Source: Candidatus Margulisiibacteriota bacterium (GTDB lineage Bacteria; Margulisbacteria; WOR-1; O2-12-FULL-45-9). From it: DNA of 61,464 nucleotides. Position numbers and translations under genes: made by a program. The notes below the pieces were generated by a model, which was not told where the DNA came from, searched no databases, and worked only from the letters and a program-made list of their open reading frames with translations. Each line of letters begins with the position of its first letter. Position 1 is the stretch's first letter. Location of the stretch: positions 1-61,464 of the forward strand of contig JAYEOW010000046.1 of assembly GCA_034723395.1 (NCBI GenBank). The letters are read 5' to 3'. Of the stretch, positions 43,994 through 53,150 are shown piece by piece.

Positions 43994-45513
43994 TATTTCA
44001 AACTTCATTCCTGCCCATTGATAATTTAAGCCGCTTTATGCTGTTTTTGATCGCTTTTTTGTTCCCTTTGATCTTTATATATTCCTTATCTTATGTAAAG
44101 CGTAATCTATTCCGCTATTATTTTGTCCTTTTTATTGCTTTTGGAGGAATGGTCGGGACGGTTTTGGCCCGGGACTTATTAAGCTTTTATATTTTTCTTG
44201 AGATAATGACCGTGGGCATTTACTTTTTAATTATCGATAATGCCAAAAAGGAGTCATTCCCTGCCGGATTTAAATATATCCTGATGATGTTTGGTGGGGG
44301 GATCCTGATCCTTTTATCTTTCCTGCTGCTTTATAATCTGACCGGGACTTTTGAGATCGCTGAAATAGCCAGGGTTGCGGGTACGCTTAACAAATCGGCC
44401 CTTGCGCCCATTTTTACCTTATTTGCCATTGGCTGCCTGTTCGAGATCGGGGCGGTCCCGTTCCATATCTGGCTGCCGGATGCCCACCCGGTCGCCCCTT
44501 CGCCAGTTTCGGCGCTTCTTTCGGGGGTCGCGATTAAAATTGGCGCTTACGGGATCATCAGGATGATTTTTACTTTGGGTGTTTTAAGCCCGGTATTAAT
44601 ATTCATCGGAGCGGTCTCTATGGTATTCGGAGTAGTCCTGGCTTTGAAGCAGACCAATGTTAAAAGACTGCTGGCCTACCACAGTATCAGCCAGATGGGG
44701 TATGTACTATTAGGCATAGGCGTAGGCACAGGCTTGGGCATAGGGGGAGGATTATTTCATATCCTAAACCATGCGGTATTCAAGGCGCTCCTTTTCCTCT
44801 GTATGGGGGCGGTTATCTACGCTACAGGAGAAAGAGAGCTTAATAAATTAGGGGGCTTGGGAAAGCGCATGCCGGTCACTTTGGTAACTTTTGGCATCGC
44901 AGCCTTAGCTATATCCGGTATCCCGCCCCTTAACGGATTTGCCAGCAAGGCGATGATCGCACAGAGCGTATCCGGCAATGTTTTTCTAAAACTGGCTATT
45001 ATTATTACCGCATCGGGAACGGTCGCTTCATTTGTGAAGTTATTTAGATTTACCTTTCTGGGAAAGCTGCCGGATAAACTTAAAAATAGCAAGGATGTCC
45101 CGGTCCTTATGCTGTTTCCCCTGCTGTTTTTGGCCGGCATCTGCCTGGTAGCCGGGATTTTTCCGGATAAGGTGCTTGGTAATTTGATCTCGCCGGCGGT
45201 AGGTTCTGTCCTTGCGTTTAATTTTATAAATGTAAAAATTTTAATTGATACAGTTGTGATCATAATATTTGGGGCCGTGGTCTATATGCTTGGATTAAAG
45301 ACGGGCTATATGAAGATAGAAAAGGGAAAGTCCGCTTCCTCATTGCCTGGTCGCTTAAGCCTGGACTTGATATTTTGCGGGGCGGCGGATATGTTTACGC
45401 GCGGATGTGTCGAATTAAGGAAATTGCATGCCAGAAACCTCAATGTTAACCTGATCTGGATTTTTGCCGCGCTGGTCATTGTGTTGCTTATAATGTATAA
45501 TCCAATAAAATAA
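43990..45513 (+). CDS. Second MrpA/MrpD-type proton-conducting subunit
   Basis: PFHIWLPDAHPVAPSP; KRLLAYHSISQMGY; NHAVFKALLF; GIPPLNGFASK. Confidence 0.9.
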   Translation: MIFQTSFLPIDNLSRFMLFLIAFLFPLIFIYSLSYVKRNLFRYYFVLFIAFGGMVGTVLARDLLSFYIFLEIMTVGIYFLIIDNAKKESFPAGFKYILMMFGGGILILLSFLLLYNLTGTFEIAEIARVAGTLNKSALAPIFTLFAIGCLFEIGAVPFHIWLPDAHPVAPSPVSALLSGVAIKIGAYGIIRMIFTLGVLSPVLIFIGAVSMVFGVVLALKQTNVKRLLAYHSISQMGYVLLGIGVGTGLGIGGGLFHILNHAVFKALLFLCMGAVIYATGERELNKLGGLGKRMPVTLVTFGIAALAISGIPPLNGFASKAMIAQSVSGNVFLKLAIIITASGTVASFVKLFRFTFLGKLPDKLKNSKDVPVLMLFPLLFLAGICLVAGIFPDKVLGNLISPAVGSVLAFNFINVKILIDTVVIIIFGAVVYMLGLKTGYMKIEKGKSASSLPGRLSLDLIFCGAADMFTRGCVELRKLHARNLNVNLIWIFAALVIVLLIMYNPIK

Positions 45514-45527
45514 TCGGGAGGATTTTT

Positions 45528-48290
45528 ATGAAAAGATTTCCATGGGTATTCACGTTGGTATTATTTTTTATCGCCTGGAGCCTGGTCCAGTTTTTGATCT
45601 CGCTCTATCCGAATTTTCTCTGGTTCGATAATCTCGGTTTTGCTTCGGTATTTTGGACCAATATCAAAGCAATGGTATTGACCGGGATCGGTTTTGGCCT
45701 GCTCTTTTTTATTATTGCCTCGGCCAACATTTTTATCGCGCGCCATTTTACCAGTGATAAGCGGGTGGAAAGAAAAGAGCCGCAGATAAATGTTCAGAAG
45801 ATGATCCGCCAGCTTTTTGGAGAGGATGGGGGAGATGCAGAGGATGGCGGGGGTTATATTAATGTGACGCCTGATCCGAACGCGCGGAAAAATATGAATA
45901 TGTTGTGGCTGCTTGGGATCCTGGTGGTTTCGGTCTTTATGGGATTCTCCGCGGTCACCCAGTGGCAGGTTGTGCTTAAAGCATTAAACGCGTTCTCTTT
46001 TAACATTAGTGATCCGGTATTTGCAAAGGATGTCGGCTTTTACGTTTTTAATCTTCCGCTGCAGCTCTTTGCCCAGGGATTTATCTTTTCGGCATTGATC
46101 ATCTCCCTGATCGCGGCCGGCTGGATATATTTTTTGGGAGGGTCGGTAACTTTTAGCAATCTGAAGCTCTCATTTTCCAAGGGGGTAAAAGCGCATTTAG
46201 CAATATTGCTTGCCCTAATTACTTTAGCCCTTGCCTGGGGCCTATGGCTTGCTGAGTTAGAAATTCTTTATTCCGCCCGCGGAGTAATTTTTGGCGCCGG
46301 CTACGCGGATGTCAAAGCGCAGCTTCTCGGCTATAACATGCAGATCTTTGTCTTAGTGGTTTTGGCCGCTTTATTTATATTCTATATCTTTAGAAGTGAT
46401 TATCGCATCCTGGCAGCTGGAGTAGGGACCTACTTTATAATTGCCCTGGTTATGGGCGGGATCTATCCGGCGATCGTCCAAAATCTTCAAGTTAAACCGA
46501 GTGAGATATCGTTAGAGGCTCCTTACATAGAACATGGGATCAAGTTTACCCGATTAGGATATGGGTTAGATAATGTGGAAGAGAAAGAGTTTAAGGCTGA
46601 AGAGGGCTTGAGCCTGCGCGACATTAGGCGGAATGTCCAAACCGTCAGTAATATTCGCCTCTGGGACAACCGTCCGTTGATCAAAACTTATCGCCAACTG
46701 CAAGGGATCCGGCTGTATTATGATTTTTCCGACGTTGATGTCGATCGCTATCAGATAAACGGGAAATATCAGCAAGTTATGCTCTCTGCCAGAGAATTGA
46801 AGGTTGAAAAGATCCCGGCAAAGGCGCAGACCTGGGTGAACCAGCGGCTGAAATATACGCACGGGTTTGGTTTGTGCCTTTCTCCGGTCAATGAACAAAC
46901 GTCGGAAGGGCTGCCCGATCTGATCGTTAAAGATATTCCGCCAGAAACAAAAACAAATCTCAAGATCGATCGTCCAGAGATCTACTATGGTGAAGAAACG
47001 GATGAGTATGTGATCGTAAATACTACCGAAAAAGAATTCGATTATCCAAAGGGGGATAAGAATGTCTATGTGAGATACAAGGGGAAGGGGGGAGTCCAGA
47101 TAAGTTCGTTGTTGCGGCGGCTTGCATTTACGATAACTTTCGGTGACCTTAAAATTCTATTAACCGATTATATTACAAAAGATAGCCGGCTTATGTTTGA
47201 CCGTAATATTGCCCGCCGGGTAAGAAAGGTTGCTCCTTTCTTAAAATACGATCGCGACCCTTATATGGTCATCTCAAAAGGAAAACTCTTCTGGATCCAG
47301 GATGCTTATACAACCTCTGACCGCTTCCCGTATTCCGATCCTTACGGTTCGGGATACAACCAATTCAACTATATTCGCAATTCGGTCAAGGTTGTGATTG
47401 ACGCTTATAACGGTAACATGGACTTTTTTGTTGTCGATAAAAAGGACCCGATCATTAAGGCCTATCAGAAGATCTATCCGAAATTGTTCAAGCCGTTAGC
47501 AAAGATGCCCAAAGGGCTAAAGAAACACATCCGCTATCCTTATGATCTTTTTATGGTCCAGGTAAATAAATATGCCAACTTCCATATGAAAGATCCGCAG
47601 GTCTTCTATAATCAGGAAGATCTCTGGAATATTCCCAAAGAAGTCGTCTCCAGCGGGGAGCAGCTGATGGACGGTTATTACGTGATCATGAAGCTGCCGG
47701 AAGAGAGGAAGGAAGAATTCCTGCTCATGCTCCCTTATACGCCGAATAACAAAGCCAATATGATCGCCTGGTTCGCGGCAAGGTCGGACGGGGAGAATTA
47801 CGGGAAGCTTATCCTTTACCGGTTCCCGAAAGATAAACTGGTCTACGGCCCGATGCAGATTGAGGCGCGGATCGACCAGCAGACCGAAATTTCGCAGCAG
47901 TTTACGCTATGGGGGCAGGTTGGATCGAGAGTAATCCGCGGAGATCTTTTAGCGATCCCGATCGACCAGTCGATCCTCTATGTCGAGCCGATCTATCTTG
48001 AGGCATCGACCGGAGAGATCCCGGAAATAAAACGGGTAATTGTCTCTTACGGAAAGAATATTGTGATGGCCGAGACTTTGGACAAAGCGCTTTCCGAGCT
48101 TTTTTCAGGGCGGATAAGTTCGCGAAGGACCCGGAGGGTGGAAACCAGAGGGCAATCTCCTAAAGAGTTAGCTGCGAAGGCTTTGGAATATTATAACAAA
48201 GCGCAATCCAGCTTAAGACAAGGTAATCTTGGCGCGTTTGGCGACCGGCTTCGCGAGCTAAAGAAGGTACTTCAGGAATTGGCGAAATAA
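45528..48290 (+). CDS. UPF0182 family membrane protein
   Basis: NIRLWD; DVDVDRY; YTHGFG; NYIRNSVK; FYNQEDLW. Confidence 0.95.
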   Translation: MKRFPWVFTLVLFFIAWSLVQFLISLYPNFLWFDNLGFASVFWTNIKAMVLTGIGFGLLFFIIASANIFIARHFTSDKRVERKEPQINVQKMIRQLFGEDGGDAEDGGGYINVTPDPNARKNMNMLWLLGILVVSVFMGFSAVTQWQVVLKALNAFSFNISDPVFAKDVGFYVFNLPLQLFAQGFIFSALIISLIAAGWIYFLGGSVTFSNLKLSFSKGVKAHLAILLALITLALAWGLWLAELEILYSARGVIFGAGYADVKAQLLGYNMQIFVLVVLAALFIFYIFRSDYRILAAGVGTYFIIALVMGGIYPAIVQNLQVKPSEISLEAPYIEHGIKFTRLGYGLDNVEEKEFKAEEGLSLRDIRRNVQTVSNIRLWDNRPLIKTYRQLQGIRLYYDFSDVDVDRYQINGKYQQVMLSARELKVEKIPAKAQTWVNQRLKYTHGFGLCLSPVNEQTSEGLPDLIVKDIPPETKTNLKIDRPEIYYGEETDEYVIVNTTEKEFDYPKGDKNVYVRYKGKGGVQISSLLRRLAFTITFGDLKILLTDYITKDSRLMFDRNIARRVRKVAPFLKYDRDPYMVISKGKLFWIQDAYTTSDRFPYSDPYGSGYNQFNYIRNSVKVVIDAYNGNMDFFVVDKKDPIIKAYQKIYPKLFKPLAKMPKGLKKHIRYPYDLFMVQVNKYANFHMKDPQVFYNQEDLWNIPKEVVSSGEQLMDGYYVIMKLPEERKEEFLLMLPYTPNNKANMIAWFAARSDGENYGKLILYRFPKDKLVYGPMQIEARIDQQTEISQQFTLWGQVGSRVIRGDLLAIPIDQSILYVEPIYLEASTGEIPEIKRVIVSYGKNIVMAETLDKALSELFSGRISSRRTRRVETRGQSPKELAAKALEYYNKAQSSLRQGNLGAFGDRLRELKKVLQELAK

Positions 48291-48296
48291 CCTAGC

Positions 48297-48325
48297 TTGA
48301 CGATTCCTTGACAATACTCTATAAT
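48297..48325 (+). promoter_or_regulatory. Sigma70 promoter, probably giving a leaderless ANTAR mRNA
   Basis: TTGACG-N17-TATAAT with the ATG 6 nt downstream. Confidence 0.7.
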
Positions 48326-48331
48326 GGTGGT

Positions 48332-48754
48332 ATGTTAAATTCCCGCCAGGAAGAAATTCTGCGTTTGCTGGAAAATAATTCCTCACTCAAAGTAAGTGAT
48401 TTTCAGAAGGATTTGAAGCTTACGCGCGCGCGCATTAATCAATTGATCGTTCCGCTTATTAAAAAAGGTTTAATCAAAAGAGAAGGGTATGCCCGTGCAA
48501 CTATTTATAGGCTCACGGATAAACGAAGCAATGACCAGGTCCGACGAGAAAACTGGGAATTAAAAAAGAAAGTCGGCCGCTTAGAAAAGGCATTGGATGA
48601 TCGAAAAATTATAGAAAGAGCCAAAGAAATATTAATCGCGCAGTTTGATATTTTGCCCACCGAAGCTTATCGTAAACTCCAAGAACAGAGTATGGATTCG
48701 GGAAAATCGATGCAGGAAATTGCGCATTCTATTTTATTTGCCTATGAGCTCTAA
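48332..48754 (+). CDS. Winged-HTH + ANTAR domain protein
   Basis: N-terminal LNSRQEEIL..L...LTRARINQLI..LIKKGLIKREG..RATIY; C-terminal LDDRKIIERAKEILI...EAYRKLQEQSMDSGKSMQEIA. Confidence 0.88.
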   Translation: MLNSRQEEILRLLENNSSLKVSDFQKDLKLTRARINQLIVPLIKKGLIKREGYARATIYRLTDKRSNDQVRRENWELKKKVGRLEKALDDRKIIERAKEILIAQFDILPTEAYRKLQEQSMDSGKSMQEIAHSILFAYEL

Positions 48755-48755
48755 C

Positions 48756-48784
48756 TTGAAAATGAGCTGATTTTTTGGTATAAT
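48756..48784 (+). promoter_or_regulatory. Sigma70 promoter of carAB
   Basis: TTGAAA-N17-TATAAT. Confidence 0.75.
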
Positions 48785-48797
48785 ACAATATGTGATC

Positions 48798-48828
48798 GGC
48801 AAGGACGCCCCTCGGGCGTCTTTTTTTT
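48798..48828 (+). terminator. Leader terminator overlapped by an ANTAR-type hairpin
   Basis: Terminator GACGCCC-CTC-GGGCGTC-T8; hairpin GGC-AAGGAC-GCC overlaps its 5' arm. Confidence 0.8.
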
Positions 48829-48850
48829 ATGCAAAAAAGGGGGATGGCAA

Positions 48851-49861
48851 ATGGCAAAGGCAATTTTGCTTTTAGAAGATGGAAAGGTTTTTAAAGGGAC
48901 GGCGTATGGTGCGGAGGGTGAAGCGGTGGGTGATGTGATCTTTAATACCCAGGTGGTCGGTTTTCAGGAGGTCCTGACCGATCCGGCGTATAAAAATCAG
49001 ATCGTTGCTTTCGGTTACCCGCATATCGGGAATGCCGGGATCAATGACAAGAGCAATGAGTCGGACAGCACTCACGTCTCGGCCTTTGTAGTGAAAGAAT
49101 TCAGCAAGATCTACAGCAACTGGCAGGGTAAAGAGTCTTTTGAAAATTTTATGCAGCGGAACAAGGTTATCGGAATGGAGGGGGTAGATACCCGGGCATT
49201 AACATTATATATAAGAGATAACGGCGAAATGAAAGGGATTATCTCCACCCAGGATTTCAGCGAGAAGAGCCTGCTCGAAAAGATAAAGAGCCATTCTGCG
49301 CCAAACCTAACTTCGTTAGTGCAGAGAAAAGGGACGGATAAGAAACTAGCCAAAGAGGTCTTGATCGATCTCGGAGTGAACAATAGTTTATTGAAAAAGT
49401 TTCCAAAGGCAGAAGTGGCTTCCTATAAGGCGACCGCAGAAGAGATCCTGGGAAAAAGCCCTGAGCAGGTAATTATCTCCAGCGGTCCGGGAGACCCGAC
49501 TAAGTTAACGAACTTGGTTAAGGAAGTGGAAAAATTAATTGGACATGTTCAGCTTTACGGCATTCAGAACGGGGCCATTGTTTTAGCCATGGCTTTGGGT
49601 TGTTCTGTCAGCCGGATGACGGTTGGCCACCACGGGGTAAACCATCCGGTAGTCGATCCGAAATCGGGGAGAGGCGAGATCTCGGCCCAAAACCATAGCT
49701 ACGGGATCGATAAGGTTCCCAATAGCGTAAAGATAGTGCATGTTAATTTAAATGATAAAACGATCGAGAAGTTCCAGACCAAAGACGGAAAATGCGTCGG
49801 AACATTGTACTTCCCGATCGATGAGCGCGGAAAGTTACAAAAAGGAGGGAAAAATGCCTAA
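48851..49861 (+). CDS. carA: Carbamoyl-phosphate synthase small subunit, glutaminase triad degenerate
   Basis: LLLEDG; FQEVLTDPAY; YPHIGNAG; GVDTRAL; SSGPGDP; GHHGVNHPV; QNHSY; GIQNG where GICLG is expected. Confidence 0.92.
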   Translation: MAKAILLLEDGKVFKGTAYGAEGEAVGDVIFNTQVVGFQEVLTDPAYKNQIVAFGYPHIGNAGINDKSNESDSTHVSAFVVKEFSKIYSNWQGKESFENFMQRNKVIGMEGVDTRALTLYIRDNGEMKGIISTQDFSEKSLLEKIKSHSAPNLTSLVQRKGTDKKLAKEVLIDLGVNNSLLKKFPKAEVASYKATAEEILGKSPEQVIISSGPGDPTKLTNLVKEVEKLIGHVQLYGIQNGAIVLAMALGCSVSRMTVGHHGVNHPVVDPKSGRGEISAQNHSYGIDKVPNSVKIVHVNLNDKTIEKFQTKDGKCVGTLYFPIDERGKLQKGGKNA

Positions 49862-52800
49862 ACGAACTGATCTTAAAAAAATCCTGATCATCAGCTCGGG
49901 TCCCATCGTGATCGGATCTGCCTGCGAGTTCGATTACTCCGGATCCCAGGCGTGTAAAGCGCTGCGGGAGGAAGGGTATAAGACCGTTCTGGTCAATTCC
50001 AATCCGGCAACGATCATGACCGATCCCGGAATGGCCGACCGGACATATATCGAACCGTTGGACGCGGAGTTTATCGAAAAAATCATCGCCAAAGAGAAGC
50101 CGGACGCGCTGTTGCCGACCCTGGGAGGGCAGACCGGACTTAATATGGGATTTTTCCTCTCACGCGCGGGGATCTTGAAGAAATACGGCGTAGAGGTTAT
50201 CGGAGCTACCGCTGAATCGATTGAGCGGGCGGAAGACCGGGAGAAATTTAAAGAGACGATGGCGAGTATTGGAATGGCTGTCCCTGAATCGGGGATCGCG
50301 ACTTCGGTTGAAGAGGGTATAGCGTTGGGCGAAAAGATCGGTTTCCCGATCATCCTTCGTCCCGCTTTTACCATGGGCGGCGCCGGCGGCTCCTGTGCTT
50401 ACAATATTGATGAACTTAAAGCTGGATTAGAACTTGCCCTGGATGTCTCTCCTCTAAAACAAGTTTTAGTTGAGCAATCGGTCTTGGGCTGGAAAGAGGT
50501 TGAGTTTGAGGTCATTCGTGACTGCAAAGATAATGTAATTATCGTTACCTCGATGGAAAATATCGATCCGATGGGAGTGCATACCGGGGATTCGATCGTG
50601 GTCGCTCCGGCGCAGACCCTGGCCACGGATGAATTTGTCGACCTTGAAAACTGGTGTAAAAAGATCATCCGCGCGGTCGGCATTGACGGCGGCGGGACCA
50701 ATATCCAGTTTGCGGTCAACCCGGCTAACGGGAAGATCGTTATTATCGAGATCAATCCGCGCGTTTCCCGTTCCTCCGCGCTCGCCTCAAAAGCGACCGG
50801 CTTCCCGATTGCCCGCGTCGCCGCAAAGCTGGCGGTCGGCTTAAGCTTAGATGAGATCGTAAACGACGTTACCGGAAAAACTTATACATTCTTTGAACCG
50901 ACGGTTGATTACTGCGTCTTTAAAGTCTGCCGCTTTACCTTTGAGAAATTCCCGGAGGCGAACCCGATCCTTTCGACCTCGATGAAGGCGGTAGGAGAGG
51001 CGATGTCGATCGGCCGGAATTATAAGGAATCGCTCCAGAAGGGGATCCGCTCGCTCGAATACCGCCGTTTTGGCCTGGGAGCTGACGGGCGGGATGTTCC
51101 GCCGGAGATTTCGAATGATCCTGAATTGGTTAAACAAAAATTAGTCTATCCGAATGCCGACCGGATCTTTTGGCTCCGCTACGCGCTCAAGAACGGGATG
51201 ACCGATCAGGCAATCTTTGACCTTTGTAAGATCGACCCCTGGTTTACTAACCAGATGCGGGAAATTGTGGGGATGGAAGACAAGCTTGTAAAACATAAAC
51301 TTTCGGATATTCCTGATAACCTTCTGCGCGATGCGAAAAAGATCGGCTTTTCCGATATCCAGATCGCTCATTTGGCCAAATCAGATGAAGTCGCGGTCTA
51401 TAAACATCGTCATGAAAGGAGGATCGTTCCCGTATACAAATTAGTTGATACCTGTGGAGGTGAATTTGATCCGATGAAACCGTATTTTTACTCAACTTAC
51501 GATAACGATCAGGATGAATGCCGGGCGACGGATAAGAAAAAGATCATGGTCCTGGGCGGCGGGCCCAACCGGATCGGGCAGGGGATTGAATTCGATTACT
51601 GCTGCTGCCATGCTTCTTTTTCGATTAAGGAAGAAGGGTACGAAGCAATCATGGTTAACTCCAATCCGGAGACAGTCTCTACCGACTTTGATACCTCTGA
51701 CCGCCTCTATTTTGATCCGCTCACCCGTGAAGATGTCCTTCACATTGTTGAAAAAGAGAAACCGGAAGGGGTTATTGTCCAGTTCGGAGGCCAGACTCCT
51801 TTGAATCTTGCCCATCAGTTGGAGGATGCGGGGGTTCCGATCCTCGGGACCTCGGTCGATTCAATCGACCGCGCCGAAGACCGGAAACGATTTAAGGCGC
51901 TTCTAAAAAAATTAAAGCTGACCCAGCCGGCGAACGGGACAGCGACCTCTTTTGCCGAAGCTAAAAATATCGCCAAGAAGATTGGTTACCCTGCCGTTGT
52001 CCGGCCTTCTTACGTTTTGGGCGGACGCGCGATGAAGATCGTTTATGACGAGGGCGACCTGGAAGAGTATATGCAGAAAGCGGTGATCGCTTCGCCCGAA
52101 AAACCGATTTTAGTCGACAAATTCCTGGAGGATGCGGTTGAGGTCGATGTCGACTGTGTATCGGATGGGGAACAGACGGTTATCTGCGGGATCATGGAGC
52201 ACATTGAGGAGGCGGGGATCCACTCCGGAGACTCGGCCTGTGTCCTTCCGACTTTTTCCCTGAGTAAAACGATGCTGGAGAAGATCCGTAAGGCAACTTA
52301 CGGCCTGGCAAAAGATCTGAAGGTAAAAGGATTGATGAATATTCAATACGCGGTTAAGGGTAGTACTCTCTATGTGCTTGAGGTGAATCCGCGCGCTTCG
52401 CGAACAGTTCCTTTCGTGAGTAAAGCGACCGGAGTCCCCTGGGCAAAGATCGCTACCCGGGCGATGATGGGGATATCGTTGAAGAAGCAGGGACTCGAAA
52501 CCGAAGTAGTTCCTGAACATTTTTCGGTTAAAGAGGCGGTCTTTCCGTTCAACCGTTTTCCAGGAGTAGATCCGGTCCTTGGCCCGGAGATGAAGTCGAC
52601 CGGAGAGGTAATGGGGGCCGATCCCGATCTTGGGGTCGCTTACATGAAGGCGCAGATCGCGGCCGGCCAGAAGATTCCGCTCGAAGGGAAGATCTTTGTT
52701 TCGGTGAATGATAATGATAAACGCAAGATCGTCGGGATTGTTAAACGGCTGGCTTCGCTTGGCTATGAAATTGTCTCTACTTCGGGGACCGCCGAAGTCT

Positions 52801-53078
52801 TGCGGAAAAATGGCCTTGAAGTAGGCGACGTTGCAAAACTAGGTGAAGGCCGTCCGGATGTCCTCGATCTGATCAAGAATGGCGAGGTTAAATTTCTTAT
52901 TAACACGCCGGGTGATAAGCGGACCAAGGTGGACGAGACCAAGATCCGCTCCGGGGCGATTATGCATACGATTCCGATCGTAACCACCCTTTCGGGAGCG
53001 CGGGCTACGGTCAATGGTTTGGAAGCTGTTAAAAAGAAGGGCTTCAAGGTTAAGGCGCTGCAAGATTACCATAAGTAG
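49854..53078 (+). CDS. carB: Carbamoyl-phosphate synthase large subunit
   Basis: MPKRTD...EFDYSG; NSNPATIMTD; GGGPNRIGQGIEFDY; C-terminal MGS domain; ATG at 49854 with SD. Confidence 0.98.
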   Translation: MPKRTDLKKILIISSGPIVIGSACEFDYSGSQACKALREEGYKTVLVNSNPATIMTDPGMADRTYIEPLDAEFIEKIIAKEKPDALLPTLGGQTGLNMGFFLSRAGILKKYGVEVIGATAESIERAEDREKFKETMASIGMAVPESGIATSVEEGIALGEKIGFPIILRPAFTMGGAGGSCAYNIDELKAGLELALDVSPLKQVLVEQSVLGWKEVEFEVIRDCKDNVIIVTSMENIDPMGVHTGDSIVVAPAQTLATDEFVDLENWCKKIIRAVGIDGGGTNIQFAVNPANGKIVIIEINPRVSRSSALASKATGFPIARVAAKLAVGLSLDEIVNDVTGKTYTFFEPTVDYCVFKVCRFTFEKFPEANPILSTSMKAVGEAMSIGRNYKESLQKGIRSLEYRRFGLGADGRDVPPEISNDPELVKQKLVYPNADRIFWLRYALKNGMTDQAIFDLCKIDPWFTNQMREIVGMEDKLVKHKLSDIPDNLLRDAKKIGFSDIQIAHLAKSDEVAVYKHRHERRIVPVYKLVDTCGGEFDPMKPYFYSTYDNDQDECRATDKKKIMVLGGGPNRIGQGIEFDYCCCHASFSIKEEGYEAIMVNSNPETVSTDFDTSDRLYFDPLTREDVLHIVEKEKPEGVIVQFGGQTPLNLAHQLEDAGVPILGTSVDSIDRAEDRKRFKALLKKLKLTQPANGTATSFAEAKNIAKKIGYPAVVRPSYVLGGRAMKIVYDEGDLEEYMQKAVIASPEKPILVDKFLEDAVEVDVDCVSDGEQTVICGIMEHIEEAGIHSGDSACVLPTFSLSKTMLEKIRKATYGLAKDLKVKGLMNIQYAVKGSTLYVLEVNPRASRTVPFVSKATGVPWAKIATRAMMGISLKKQGLETEVVPEHFSVKEAVFPFNRFPGVDPVLGPEMKSTGEVMGADPDLGVAYMKAQIAAGQKIPLEGKIFVSVNDNDKRKIVGIVKRLASLGYEIVSTSGTAEVLRKNGLEVGDVAKLGEGRPDVLDLIKNGEVKFLINTPGDKRTKVDETKIRSGAIMHTIPIVTTLSGARATVNGLEAVKKKGFKVKALQDYHK

Positions 53079-53150
53079 CTTTTACAAATAAGCTTTATAT
53101 ACTATAATACCGATAGATAATAATTTTCTGGAAAGATGGAGGGTGAAGTT

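Noticed and set aside
40223..45513. Membrane-bound [NiFe] hydrogenase operon
   Set aside because: Only membrane antiporter-type subunits are present; no CxxC-bearing catalytic or Fe-S subunits.
49752..49853. N-terminal extensions in the ORF track (carB; also the ORFs starting at 1849, 24462, 34973, 41702, 48308, 55648 and 59599 on minus)
   Set aside because: Downstream ATGs match family N-termini, SD sites or signal peptides; the extensions overlap neighbouring genes, promoters or repeats.
53089..53116. Sigma28 promoter (TAAG-N16-ACCGATAG) for the large fibre gene
   Set aside because: The match is weak and an overlapping sigma70-like TTTACA-N16-TATAAT explains the region equally well.
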